Origin: Octopus sinensis
Taxonomy: Eukaryota
Reading direction: 5' to 3'
NCBI RefSeq assembly: GCF_006345805.1
Contig: NC_042997.1
Span: 136,090,001 to 136,154,000, forward strand
Length of the DNA: 64,000 bases
The notes beneath the pieces were generated by a model. It was not told where the DNA came from and did no database searches. It was given only the letters and a program-made list of their open reading frames with translations. Made by a program: the position numbers and the translations under genes. Shown piece by piece: positions 9,957 through 23,100 of the stretch (positions within the stretch are counted from its first letter, which is position 1; each line of letters begins with the position of its first letter).

Positions 9957-12900
9957 GAAGTGGAACCGCAAAGGATGGAACCAAACAGCGCACACGGGTG
10001 TGTATGTTCTACCTGAGAGGTTCCTGCTGGCATGAAAGGAGGTGCAGGCTGCCGCTTTGCACATCGGGGACCCTGCCACAGAGACACGAGGCAGATGGAC
10101 AAACCATCAACACAAAGAAAAGGGATGGACCACCCCACCTGCCCCAAAAAGCGGAGGTACGCAGATGTGTTTGCGCGCCACAAACAGCCAACATGATGTT
10201 GTCGAAAGAGCAGCTGCTGAGCAACAATCTTTTTTGTGCATGGCACAAAAGATTGTACAGCAGCTGCCTGGCTTCATCAACCCAAGCCCGCAGGTGGGAC
10301 TAACCCACATATACCAGACCACCACACAGCAAACAGACAACAGGATGGACACCGCCGGCAACAACGTACACCTCACCTCGATACTCCTACTGAACATCAG
10401 AGGACTGCAAACACTCAGTACAGACAAAGATCCCGTTCCTGAGAGGCTTTGTTGCATGCAATCAAGCCTTATGCATAGCACTTACAGAACGCACCTGAAA
10501 CCGGACATAGCAGATGCGGAGTTACACATACCACAGTATGCTGTACTACGGACCGACAGGAAAGAAAGGAGTCATGGAGGTGTTGCTATGTACATCCGTG
10601 AGGACCTCATACCCCAGTCCTCTTGTCATACTCAAACTCGGTGTGTGACACACTAATTGTACATATTAGGCAACTTGATGTAGTGTGTGTGCTACATATC
10701 GCCCTCCAGATGATGCCCAAGCCATGTGGGCAAGTTTGAAGACTGCCTTATAAAAATAGAAGAAATTCTAACCACATTAGAAAACACATAGGTGTGCTTC
10801 TTATGGGAGACTTCAATCTGCCCATGTCAGATGGCCCGAGGGCCTTTCTCTCCCAGGAATGACAAGATGGAACGAGGACAGGCGAGGTCCCTCCTGAACC
10901 TCATCAACACCCTGTACATGGAGCAGGTAATACTCCAACCAACCAGGGCAGGTAACACACTGGATCTCTGCTTCACAAATGACATGGATCTCATCCATAA
11001 TGTGAAAGTGACACCGACACTACTCGGATCACAACATGATAGAGCTGACCATGTACGGGCCAAAAGAGAGCACGGACATGCAGCCTACAAGAAACCCTCA
11101 AAATCTTCCAGCTTGAACTACGATAAGGCAAACTGGAAACCAAATTGAGAAAGAGATCCTCAAACAAAACTGGCCTAAATGTCTCTCCTCGCCAGACATC
11201 GACGTGAAACTTCAACAATCATGTCTGTAATGCAAGCCATATGCTACAAATGTGTCCAAGAGAGAAAGGCCACTGTACACAAGAACAAAATCCCCAGAGA
11301 GAGGAAAATTTTAATGAGACGGCGTACGAAATTTTCAAATCGCCTAAACAAACAGATTGAAAGCAGTGAAAAGTCCCGCCTAAAAATAAAACTGTTGGAA
11401 ATCGAAAAATGTCTGCAACTCTCCCATGAAAAAGAAAGAGCAGACAAGAAGCCTGGGCTATAGAAAACATAAAATCTAACCCCAGAGCTTTCTACAGGTA
11501 TGCCAAAGAAACAGCTACAGTGCACTGTAGAATAGGGCCACTCCGCGAAAGGATGGCACACTTACAGGAAACCAATGAGGGTAAGTGAAATACTGAATGA
11601 GCAATTCAAGAGTGTTTTCACTCCACCCCTTGGGCATCTCCAAATCACCAATCCAACTGACTTTTTTACCACTGCAGATATAAAATCAGAGGCGGCGACG
11701 ATAGATTACATCGATATAAAGGAAGACGATGTAACCAAGGCTATAGATGAAATGAAAACAGACTCAGCTACTGGCCCCGATGGATTCCCGGCAATCCTCC
11801 TAAAAGCATGAAGAGAGTCCTAGCAAGACCACTGCAGTTCCCTTTCAGAGCTTCCTTGCAGCTGGCAAACTTCCAGGAAAACTGAAGGAAGGTAAAATAT
11901 GCCCCATTCATAAGGAGGAGGGTAGCAGAGCGGAAGCCAAGAACTATAGACCTATCTCTCTGACCTCACACATCAGCAAGGTCATGGAACGAATAGTCAG
12001 AAGGAGGCTGATCACCTTCCTTGAAGAGAATGACTTGCTGCCCGACACCCAACATGGTTTCCGACCAGGGAGAGAAGCTGTTTAACTCAGCTCCTACAAC
12101 AATAACACTGGGTGCTGAAACGGCTGCTCAACCACTCAAATGTGGAAGTGATATATCTCGACTTTGCAAAGGCCTTTGATAAAGTCGATCATGGAATGAT
12201 ATGTCACAAACTGCGTGATCTCAACATAGTGGAAAACTGGGAGAATGGCTTCATGACTTTCTGAAGGATAGAAGTCAGGTGGTAGTAGCCAATGGGGCCA
12301 CCTCCATTAACACACAAATAGTGAGCGGTGTTCCGCAGGGCACGTTCTGGGACCACTACTTCATAATGGCCCTCTCAGACATGCCCTCAGCCATGCAGAG
12401 AGCCACGATCACAAGTTATGCAGATGATACAAAAGTTTCACAGGCAATACAGAACCCTGAGGACACTAAACACCTGCAATGTGAGCTGGACGAAATATAC
12501 AAGTGGGCTGAAAAGAATAGCATGCAGTTCAATGCTGGAAAGTTCAAGCTTTATACTTCAGCATGCAAAACTGAATGCAATACCCAATGAATACACTGGA
12601 CCCGGAGGGATTGCAATCCCAGAGGCACAATCAGTGCGTGACCTGGGTATTCACATGAGTGATGACGCGACCTTTCATGTACATGTTGCTAAACTGACAA
12701 TGAAATGTAGACGGCTGGCTGGATGGATTCTTAGAACCTTTAGAACAAGAGAACAAAAAACCATGATGGTCCTCTGGAAGACACTTGTCCTAAGCCACTT
12801 TGACTATTGCTCTCAGCTATGGTCACCATCCAGTGTCAAGTTGATCACAGAACTTGAGGCGATCCAACGAAGCTACACAAAGAAGATAGCCTCTATGCAG

Positions 12901-13420
12901 AATGTAAGCTACTGGGAAAGACTCAAGAGATTAAAATTATATTCTCTGGAGCGTAGGCGGGAAAGATATGCCATAATATACATCTGGAAGATCCTGGAGG
13001 GAAGTGTCCTGAACTTTGGCATCGAGAGTTACGCAAATGCCAGAACTGGGCGCCACTGCGTGGCCTAGGACTCCAAACCTGCCATCAAGATGTAGGACAA
13101 GATTCTGTGATAGCCTGGGCTTCCGAGGCCCACAGCTCTTCAATATCCTCCCGAAGAACCTGAGAGACCTGCATGGGGTGGATACAGATGTCTTTAAAAT
13201 GAAGCTGGATCTCTTCCTGTCAGGTGTCCCAGATGAACCAACTTCACGGCAGGAGGGGCAGATGAGGGCAGCTGCATCGAACTCTCTCATGCACCAAATA
13301 GCAGTTGCTAGAAAGCCTCCATGAAGTGAAACCAAGTAGCAACACCAAATGGCGGTGCCCCAGTATGGCCACAGCTCATAAGCTGAAACTAGAATCAATC
13401 AAAATCAATCAATCAATCAA
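9953..13420 (+). mobile_element. CR1/L2-type (Jockey superfamily) LINE, frameshifted: ORF1 3' part with CCCH-like finger, APE endonuclease, RT, 3' UTR and (AATC)n tail
   Basis: Fragments across frames: CMFYLRGSC..GCRFAH (ORF1); ILLLNIRGL, RKERSHGGVAMYI, MGDFNLP, PTRAGNTLDLCFTN (APE); ATGPDGFP, NYRPISLTS, QHGFR, YLDFAKAFDKVDH, SGVPQG, YADDTK, RDLGI (RT). Tail aatcaatc at 13393-13420; (TA)n on both sides. Confidence 0.9.
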
Positions 13421-13442
13421 TATATATATATATATATATATA

Positions 13443-13607
13443 GGCGCAGTAGAGTGGCTGTGTGGTAAGTAGCTTGTTTACCAACCACATGGTTCCGGGT
13501 CAATCCACTGCGTGGCATCTTCGGCAAGTGTCTTCTACTATAGCCTCGGCCGACCAAGCCTTGTGAGTGGATTTGGTAGACGGAAACTGAAAAAGAAGCC
13601 CGTCGTA

Positions 13608-13701
<94 letters not shown>

Positions 13702-13912
13702 TTGTGTGTCTGTGTTTGTCCCCCTAGCATTGCTTGACAACCGATGCTGGTGTGTTTATGTCCCCGTTACTTAGCGGTTCGGCAAAGAGACCGATAGAAT
13801 AAGTACTGCTTACAAAAGAATAAGTCCGGGGTGGTCGAGTTGCTCGATAAAAGGCAGTGCTCCAGCATGGCCGCAGTCAAATGACTGAAACAAGTAAAAG
13901 GTTAAAAAGAGT
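13443..13912 (+). mobile_element. tRNA-derived SINE, family A (dominant; internal microsatellite; CORE-like ggcaagtg segment)
   Basis: Head with A-box tggctgtgtggt and B-box-like ggttccgggtcaatcc; internal (TA)(TG) tract; 3' end ...ccagcatggccgcagtcaaatgactgaaacaagtaaaag. Many similar copies occur in the window. Confidence 0.88.
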
Positions 13913-13916
13913 AAGG

Positions 13917-13964
<48 letters not shown>

Positions 13965-14583
13965 GTGGAAAAATAATAAGGGTTGAGACATTTAAAGAAT
14001 GTTCATACCGGTGGCTAGCATGCGCAATAGACAACATATTTTCATATATAATAGTGTACAAACAATAAAGTATTTATACACGAAAGAGGTGACTTTGACA
14101 GGACATCTTACATTTTAGAAAGGTCAGTCAAAATCCAAACAACGAATAATAGCAATTTCAAAGAGAATGAAAAAAAACAACCTTTTTCTAGTTAACCCCA
14201 AACTCGAGTTTGTATTAATTTGTCATCTGTACTTCATCAGTGATGTCGCTAAAATTAATGCATATTTATGTAGCTAATTCGTACCGAAAATACACGTGCT
14301 GCATACTTATACATTATATTTTCAATTCCACCACGCAAGTGTTCAGTTACATTCTCCAGAGAGTAATAATAAAATTAAAACTTCATAACAGAAAGGCTTT
14401 GAAATTACGAAAATTTTACTGTGAACATAAGCGTAGAAAATTTAGAAAACATTTCATTCATACATGCATCCATACGTATGTACGTATATATATATATATG
14501 TGTGTGTGTGTATGAATGCATATATGTATATATATATCTATATATATGTATATATATATATATATTATATATATATATATATA

Positions 14584-14614
<31 letters not shown>

Positions 14615-14615
14615 T

Positions 14616-14680
<65 letters not shown>

Positions 14681-15325
14681 GTATTTATGTATAGACACAC
14701 ATTATATAATATATATATCTGATAATTCACACCATCCAGTGAGCGATAAATATCATTTAATATACAAAGTATACACAGTATTAAGATACTAATAGTTTCT
14801 TGCTTTGGAGACACAATTCTACGCAAGTTTTTATAACACGCCTTGTGTCAACCAGCAGCATACAGGTATTGGGCGCATGGTCTATTCTAATTGCAAATCA
14901 GAACGCTGGAAGGAGACTAATTTTATCACAGGGGAAATTAACACAGAAGAAAAGGAAGAAAAAAGAAAGAAAACTGAAGTTCTGTCCTCTTTGGCAGTAA
15001 AGCAATAATTAAGCTTGGTGTTGAAAAGTTCTATAATCAGCTTAATTATGGCTTTACTGTCGAGGGGAACAAAACTCCATTTTCTTTCTGATTCCGTTTT
15101 TATTCAACCTTGCTCTTTACGCGGTTATCTTCTCGTTTTATCCCGTGATTTATCTTGTAACAGCGTTCAGATTTGCAAAGAGAGTTAACCATGTACACAA
15201 GACAGCTTACACGCACAAAGTGTGTAATAGAAACCTGCTTAGACACTTGTCTCCAAAGTAAGTAACTATTAGTAGCTCGTATCTTTATATTGCATGCATT
15301 AAATTTTATATCCATATATGCATAC

Positions 15326-15357
<32 letters not shown>

Positions 15358-16442
15358 TGCGTTCAACACAGGCATGTTTGTAGACATACAGATACACATT
15401 CAGACATATATATAATATATATATATAATATATATATATATAATATATATATATTATACATACATATATATACATATATATGCACATACACACACTCACA
15501 CATATACACCCACCCACACACACATACTTACATACACATACATATATACATATATATTATATATAAAGATATATATATATATATATATATAATCTATATA
15601 TAATATATATTATATATATATATATATTATATATATATATATATATATAATATGTAGTATATATGTATATATATATATATATCATGTTTACACAATTCTT
15701 TTATGTTGATCTACACATAATCACCATCCTCTCAGGCTTTTTATCTTGCCGGCGAAAATCTCTCACTGAATTCATTTCACCAAAAGGTATATTCATTTTT
15801 TTTCTTTGTTGAACTTTCGTGACTTTTATTCCTATAAGTTTCTGAAGTGTAGTTGTTTATATGAAGTTAATTGCCAAGATACAAGTCAGATTTGAAATTA
15901 CCAGTCACGAGGTGTTCTAAGTCATTATCCACAACTCCTGGCAAAATTGATCAGCTAATGTAATCCACCTGGTTCTTGTTCTGCGTGAAAATCAAAGTGA
16001 ACTTCTATAACAGAGCGATTAATCAAAGAGATATTTCTGAAGACGAATATCTTCTGAACAGCTTTCAGTACATTCTCTTAGATCAGCTTCAATTCAACTA
16101 ACATAGCTGAAAACACCACCTGAATCTCACAAGTTCACATATATATTATTCAGTCTTCTACATGATTGTACTCAAACAAACGAACGTGCACATATGTGTG
16201 TGTATGCATTTGTATATAGAGAAAGAGAATTTTACATATACTACTTACTATATAGTTATATTATATATATATATATATATATCTATATATATATATATAT
16301 ATTTGTATTTGTGTGTGTACCTATATCAAGTCATATATAAGAAAAATAGCATTAGACTGAGGATACTCAATATTTCTTAGAATACAAGTTTATTAAACTT
16401 TTACGAAGTAGCGGTCAGCTATCCTTTATAGCATCTCAACAA

Positions 16443-16491
<49 letters not shown>

Positions 16492-16550
16492 TGATATGAT
16501 ATAAATAATATATATATTATATATATATATGATGATATGATATAAATAAT

Positions 16551-16590
<40 letters not shown>

Positions 16591-17428
16591 TATTATATAT
16601 ATATATCTATATATATGCATTGAACGACAATATGAGTCTTCCAAAATAGTTGCTCCCAAAATACCAAAATAAAATTTTGGATTTATGGAGGGTCAGATTT
16701 GGAAAGAAAAACAGAACAGTAAGGAAACCGAAAGAAAACAAACACGAAGGGTCGTTAAACTAGAACACGGGTAAAATAGCAAATGCTGGAGAAATATTTT
16801 CTTTGAAAAGAGAAGAGAGAGAAGAGAGAGATAGAAGACGTCTAGTCCTTAGGACGTCCTGGAGTAAAAAAAGATGGTCACATGTGAGCAACGAGAGAGA
16901 GAAAAGAGAAAGACAGAAAACAGTGAAGGGGAGAAAAAAGGAATTAGAGAAGCATACTGAATTTGATTTATACCAAATAATTTAGGGAAATGAATGGGTT
17001 ATTTTCCTTGGATATGTATAAGGATCTCTTCCATGTGCGAATGGGTTATTTCCCTTGTCTTTTAAAATAAAATATATTAGATATATATAAGGATCCCTTC
17101 CAGTGGCCCTATTATCGATTTTTTTCAACAACCTGTGTATGCCATGAGATTTCTAGACATGAGTCCTACGCACGTGTAAAGTTTCATAGAAATCGATAAA
17201 ACCATGGAGGAGTTAGCTAACAACTCCACAAACACACCTACAGACAGAATTTCCCACGTATGTAGTAGATATGTGGGTGTGTTCGTATGTATGCATGTTT
17301 GTGTGTACGCATATTGATATGTATCAATATATGCGTGTGTATGTATGTATGTATGTATGTATGTATGTATGTATGTATGTATGTATGTATGTATGTATGT
17401 GTGTGTTTACACACGCACATACCTACAT

Positions 17429-17486
<58 letters not shown>

Positions 17487-17488
17487 GA

Positions 17489-17582
<94 letters not shown>

Positions 17583-18224
17583 TACAACATATATTTTTTA
17601 TGTTAAGAGGTATCAACTGTATTGCTGGAGACCATATGACAACATGTAATTACAACTACTAGAGACTCATAGCTCGACTGTATACAGCTGCAAACATTCT
17701 GACACAACTACCAGGAACACGCTTCCAGTAAATGCAGTAATGAAATTACATCATGTAAGTGACTAAGCTGATAAGGACATTGGAAGAAAATCTCACCAAT
17801 TTCGCGCAGGCACAGACAGTTAGATATGATCATATAATTGAATGTAAACAATAACCTCATCATACATTAAATATATGTTAGAAAGCAAAATTAATTGAAA
17901 CGTATTAACTCTAAAACATAAATGTACAGCTTTTATGTTTAAAAAGACTATCAAAGGCCACATTAATACTCCAAGTTGACGTTTTTAGTATAAATGAAAC
18001 ACTGTTTTGACAAGATTATTTAAGACTATAGCTTGCTTAAATATTTTATACAGTGCTTTTCAGTCGAGCAATCCCACCAAAATAATTTGAAATATAACAA
18101 GTAATTGATTTGCGGAGAAGTGAGGCTATGCTGAACAACGAATAAATAAAAGTGTATTGTTTAAAATAAACAAAATACTACAAAAACCGTTGTCATATAT
18201 GGCACGATTACAATAAAGCTATGA

Positions 18225-18345
18225 TGGCACATGGCCAAGTGGTTAGAGTATCACACTGAAGATCGCAAGATCGTGTTTCGATTCTCGGATTCAGCAATAC
18301 GTTACGTTCTTGAACGAACGTTTCACTTAGCTGCAATCCACGCCA
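18225..18345 (+). mobile_element. Degenerate tRNA-derived SINE head
   Basis: tggccaagtggttagagt...gtttcgattc A/B-box-like head followed by a decayed CORE-like segment. Confidence 0.5.
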
Positions 18346-18859
18346 CTGTAAGTGATCTCGGTCACTTATGCGTCATGGGTACTCAAGACTCATTTTGCTT
18401 AATTATTGTATAGGCATTTCTATTTACTAAGGTTATTGTTCATTCTGTTTATATTTTTATAAATGTGTTTTCTTGCGAATGATTTGTGGCTGCGCAGTCA
18501 TATTTTATTTCTCATGGAATTTTGGTTTTATTATTGAACTAGATATGTTATAATTATTCTAAAAGCAAATCCTTTTCGAACAAGGTAAACTATGGCACAA
18601 TATATTTTGCAGTAATATTTCTAATATAGTGATTTCTAATAAAGACAATGATATTTTACAGGGAGAGATTGAGTCGAAAATATCAATCCGCTATAGTATT
18701 TAAATACTTGTACAGAAAACAGAGACGGCTTTAGATCGTTTAAATGGATTACTTAAAACTGGAAGCTATTTTATCTGAGTTCATGTTCTTCCAATGTCAG
18801 TAAAATGTCACACACGTACTAAATCCGTATAATCGACTTGTAACCACACACGTTTGTTA

Positions 18860-19100
18860 GAAAGTATTACGGTATAATATCTTTCATAATATATATCTAA
18901 ATTTTTGTAAAGCATATCTTAAGAGGTATGAGTATCAGAGATGAGTAGTAACTTTGGTACGGATCCAGTCAATTCCTTTTCATGACATCTATAATTTCCA
19001 TCTAGCACACCGCACCTACCTGGCACCGAGCTTTCATGTGTGGTTTCACGAACTATGTGTTGTAGTGCGTCATCTCCTGGATATATTTAGCAACAACTTC
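18860..19100 (-). mobile_element. Possible Tc1/mariner transposase remnant
   Basis: The minus strand gives a decayed Q-DDA-QH...PGR segment resembling QQDGAPPH...FPGRW; heavily mutated. Confidence 0.3.
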
Positions 19101-19792
19101 TACCCTTAGAGATCCAAGCGTTCGTATGTCCGATGTTCATGTGCCCGATGATTCACAAATTGATGTTTCAGAAAGGAAATTTTTAAAAATGAAGAAGGTA
19201 ATTTTGATAATAATTAATACAGTGCCTGGAGATGTTACGCCTTTTATTGCATCACCTTATAAAGGTAGCATCTGAACGACAGAGATAAGGAGACGCCAAT
19301 CGTTGAGAAATAACGACTGTATTTAAATAGGCACATTTAATTGATTTTGATTTCATTCATATTTAATTAAATAATTTTAATTAATTTTATATACATTTAT
19401 TTCACATGGATTATATTATATTTATTGCAGCTGTACTTAGAAGAAAATGTTCAACTCTATCTGTACAGTTACTGTCAATAACAATCATTTATTATCTTCA
19501 GAGGTACAGTCAACATCCACTTGAGTTTATAACATCGGCAATAACTGCAAATAATGAAAGTAAGAAAATATAACATCATTCATTAGAAAATTATTCATAT
19601 CTTTTAAAATGTATTGCAACGTTTACATACATGAACATTATATTTCATACACAAATCTCATAAACATTTCTTTCAGCCTTGTCCTTTATTTTCAATATAC
19701 TTCATTACATGAATAATTTCTCGAGGCTTTTACCATGAGCATAGACACATAAATACATACATACATACATACATACATACATACATACATAC

Positions 19793-19830
<38 letters not shown>

Positions 19831-19844
19831 TGAGTGTGCTTGTG

Positions 19845-20100
19845 TAGTGAGAAGCTTGCTTTACATGCATTAAGGTTCACTCCCACTGCATGGTACCTTG
19901 GGGAAGTGTCTTCTGTTACAGCCTCAAGCCGACCAAAGCCTGGGTGGATTTGCTAGATGGAAACTGAAAAAAGTCCGTCGTATGTGTGCGTGTGTGTATC
20001 TATGTGTGCGTCTTTGTGTCTGTGTTTGTCTCCTCACCCACTCATTGCTTGGCAACTAATGATGGTGTATTTACATCCCCGTAACTTAGCCGTTCAGCAG
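19845..20100 (+). mobile_element. SINE family A, partial
   Basis: accttggggaagtgtcttct...gccgaccaaagcc...ggatttgctagatggaaactgaaa...gtaacttagc matches 13443-13912. Confidence 0.8.
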
Positions 20101-20249
20101 AAGAAGTTACCTACATAAATTCTATTCAATCTTATTCTACCTTTAGTAATGGAGATATGAAATCTAGTTGTAACGATATGAAAGATTTAAATTTTGATTT
20201 ATACGCCAACACCAAACAGAGGAAGGTTCTGTACAATGTTAGGGAGATA

Positions 20250-21037
20250 ACCGCAATTTAAACCCCTTTTTTTCATTGTAAAGGTAAATCGAGGTCTTTT
20301 AAAAATAGTTACACTAGAAATAAGGCAACGACTAGCAAAACTATTTGGTTGATTATTCCTTATGGGAGGCAAATGAAATCTAATCTTCCTTTCCAGTTTC
20401 AGAAAACTATTATTAGGAATTTTCCAAAGAATTCTAGGTATTACTCGATTATCAACTCGTATACGGTTAGGATTGGTTTTTCCAATACAAAGAAATCTGT
20501 TACAAATTATCTTCTCACATGCTATTAGTCTGTTAAATAAGAATCCAATTACTAATACTAAGATTAATTTAGTTAATACTAACCATCCCCCTAGAAATAT
20601 TAATAGCAAGATTATTGTCTCTGAAGTCAATTCCAACAGAATTAAGTTTATATGTAGTAATTCTAAGATTAAAAATTCTATATACCAGTGTAAAATTACT
20701 TCAGGTATCGATGTCTTTTCTATACATAGGTAGTTCTTCTCAGTTATCTAAATAAAATTCTAATCATTACTCTACATTTAGGGATATCAATAAACGCAGC
20801 AGTACAAGGCTTAGTAAATTAATTTGGTATCTAAAAGACCATAATAAACAATTTAATTTAGATTGGTTGATTCTCTCCATTTCACTCCCATATGATAAAG
20901 GTAAAGAATTCTGCCAACTCTGTAATAGTGAACTATTTTCTATTCTATTTTTTAAGAAGCCCCTTGTAAACATAGTTATTAAGCGTGCTTATCAATATAA
21001 CCATTGGAAGAAACATACCTATAGTTTATATAAGTGA
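20250..21037 (+). pseudogene. Second, AT-rich, decayed PLE: RT thumb/linker + GIY-YIG remnant
   Basis: Manual translation: TIWLIIPYGRQMKSNLPFQFQKTIIRNFPKNSRYYSIINSYTVRIGFSNT, then (frameshift) IYQCKITS..LYIGSSS..NHYSTFR..STRLSKLIWYLKDHNKQFNLDWLIL..PYDKGKEFCQLCNSELFSILFFKKPLVN. This is colinear with the C-terminal half of ORF 655-2145. Confidence 0.8.
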
Positions 21038-21441
21038 TATCTACAATTATATATAATTCGAACATTGATTTTCTTCTTACGTTTCACTTCCACTAGATAT
21101 ATCTTTTTCCAAGCCTTTAAGCATTTATTTTAATTCACATATCGCTCTATATTTCTCCTTTATTAGTTTTCTGCTTATATATTTCCTTTACCCCTTCTCT
21201 TTCTATAGGATACCTTTGACGTTATATCTTCTAACGGTTTTTTTAAAATTTAATAGCGTTCCGTTCATCATTATACACATACATCACATTCTGTTACAAT
21301 GCCTTGCTTGGTTTCTTTCTTACCTTGATGAGAAAATTACATTGTTTCACACCATTTTATTCCTTTTGGAATAATACCAATGTTGTCTTCGAAACATATC
21401 TCGGAAGTAAAAGAATTTGAATAACACCTGCGTTTAACTCC

Positions 21442-21471
<30 letters not shown>

Positions 21472-21476
<5 letters not shown>

Positions 21477-21675
21477 ATCCAAACATGAAAGCACAAAAAA
21501 ACACAACAACGTGAGGATGTGGAACAAATATAGTATTATTGGACGCTCAGGAAAGAAGGAAAGAAGGAGGGTTTAACGTTTCGAGCGGAGCTCTTCGTCG
21601 GAAACATAGGAGAAGGAAAGATCCAGAGAAGGGAAGACAGAGGAAAAATATCGGCAACGGTACACACGCGGTCAT
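21472..21675 (-). mobile_element. PLE-type pLTR fragment with minimal hammerhead-like motif (21571-21605), flanked by (TA)n
   Basis: Near-identical to 42064-42279. Minus strand GUUU-CCGACGA-A-GAGC UCC GCUC-GAAACGU-U-AAAC. Confidence 0.65.
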
Positions 21676-21695
21676 ATTTTATATATTATATATAT

Positions 21696-21799
<104 letters not shown>

Positions 21800-22287
21800 T
21801 ATATGTATATGAATGTATACACGTATTTGTATACATCCTATATACCAAAGCACGCATGTATTTGTAGGTGTGCGCGCGCGTGGTGTGTGTGTGAACTCAT
21901 TGTAAATTACTGGCAATTATATTAAAAATTGATTGTATTAAGTATTATGATCATGTAAGTAGCAATAAGTAAACGAAAATATATAAGCTTACTTATGGAA
22001 ATGGAGCCAGGTTGGTTGAATCGTGTAAGTAATATTAAATTTGATATGTAAATTTTATTGTATAAATGTGTAGCTCCTTATAAAAAGATGTTTATGCGAT
22101 TCTTAAATGCGGTTTTTAATCTCCACATACACTATGTTATCTGCGAAGGATAAGTCGTCCTCATATGTTATATATATATATATATATATATATACAAAAT
22201 TAATTAAGGGTAGAAATCAATATTTATCAATTAAAACCAGTGGTCTAGCATATTAAAAAAAGAATCCGAAGATTAAATATTTATATA

Positions 22288-22509
22288 TACCAATTAAGGA
22301 CTGAACACGAAAAGTGGACAGTCAACATGCTAGATATAGACGTCAAATCGCCATTTTCCACAAAAGATTATGTTCTCAAATCAAACTCAACACAAACTCA
22401 TCACATGTGATGAGTTTGATTTGAGAACATAATCTTTTGTGGAGAATGGCGATTTGACGTCTATATCTAGCATGTTGACTGTCCACTTTTCGTGTTCAGT
22501 CCTTAATTG

Positions 22510-22512
<3 letters not shown>
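22288..22512. repeat. Fold-back palindrome, ~105-bp arms, at (TA)n
   Basis: taccaattaaggactgaacacg...tcaaactca is mirrored by tgagtttga...cgtgttcagtccttaattggta. One mismatch; the centre is the perfect palindrome aaactcatcacatgtgatgagttt. Confidence 0.92.
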
Positions 22513-22547
<35 letters not shown>

Positions 22548-22949
22548 CAACAAAAAAGGCTAGCTGGTTTTTTATGACATTTTGCATTCTTGCAGTTAAT
22601 TTGAATCAAGTTGGAAATCCTATATGCAATAGAATATGCATAAGCAACGTGTAAAATGAAGGAAACCAGGTATGGTAAGTGCCGGAAAAATTTTTCTGGC
22701 AATTTAAATAAGGTCTTAAGACGTTGGAAAAGAGGAATACGATGTTTCATGACTAACGCGTTTTCTTGAAGAAAAGCGTTTGTTTTTTGCTTCTCTCAGA
22801 CGCGGTGAAATTCTTACTAATGTGAAATTCTTACTAATGGCGGACAAATTTGGTGATAGAGTATGTAAGTATAAATATATTTAATGCAAGATATAACTAA
22901 GGACTAACTAGCAAAAATAATTTTAATCACTAACAGGTATAATTCTGGC

Positions 22950-23100
22950 AGTGAAAGCGCGTGATTTGTGGTTAGTGTATTCAGCTCACGATCATAAGGC
23001 AGGGAGTTCGATTACTGACGGCATTTTGTGTCCTTGAGCAAGACATGTTTTTTCACGTTGCTCCAGTCTGCTCGACTGGTAAAAGTGAATTATACCTGAA
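22950..23100 (+). mobile_element. tRNA-derived SINE, family C, degenerate
   Basis: gtggttagtgtattcagctcacgatc...gagttcgatt...tgtgtccttgagcaagaca (CORE-like). Confidence 0.65.

Noticed and set aside
14195-14245. Minus-strand CUGAUGA followed by palindromic AAACUCGAGUUU
   Set aside because: GAAA is replaced by CAAA and helix I does not pair; insufficient for a hammerhead call.
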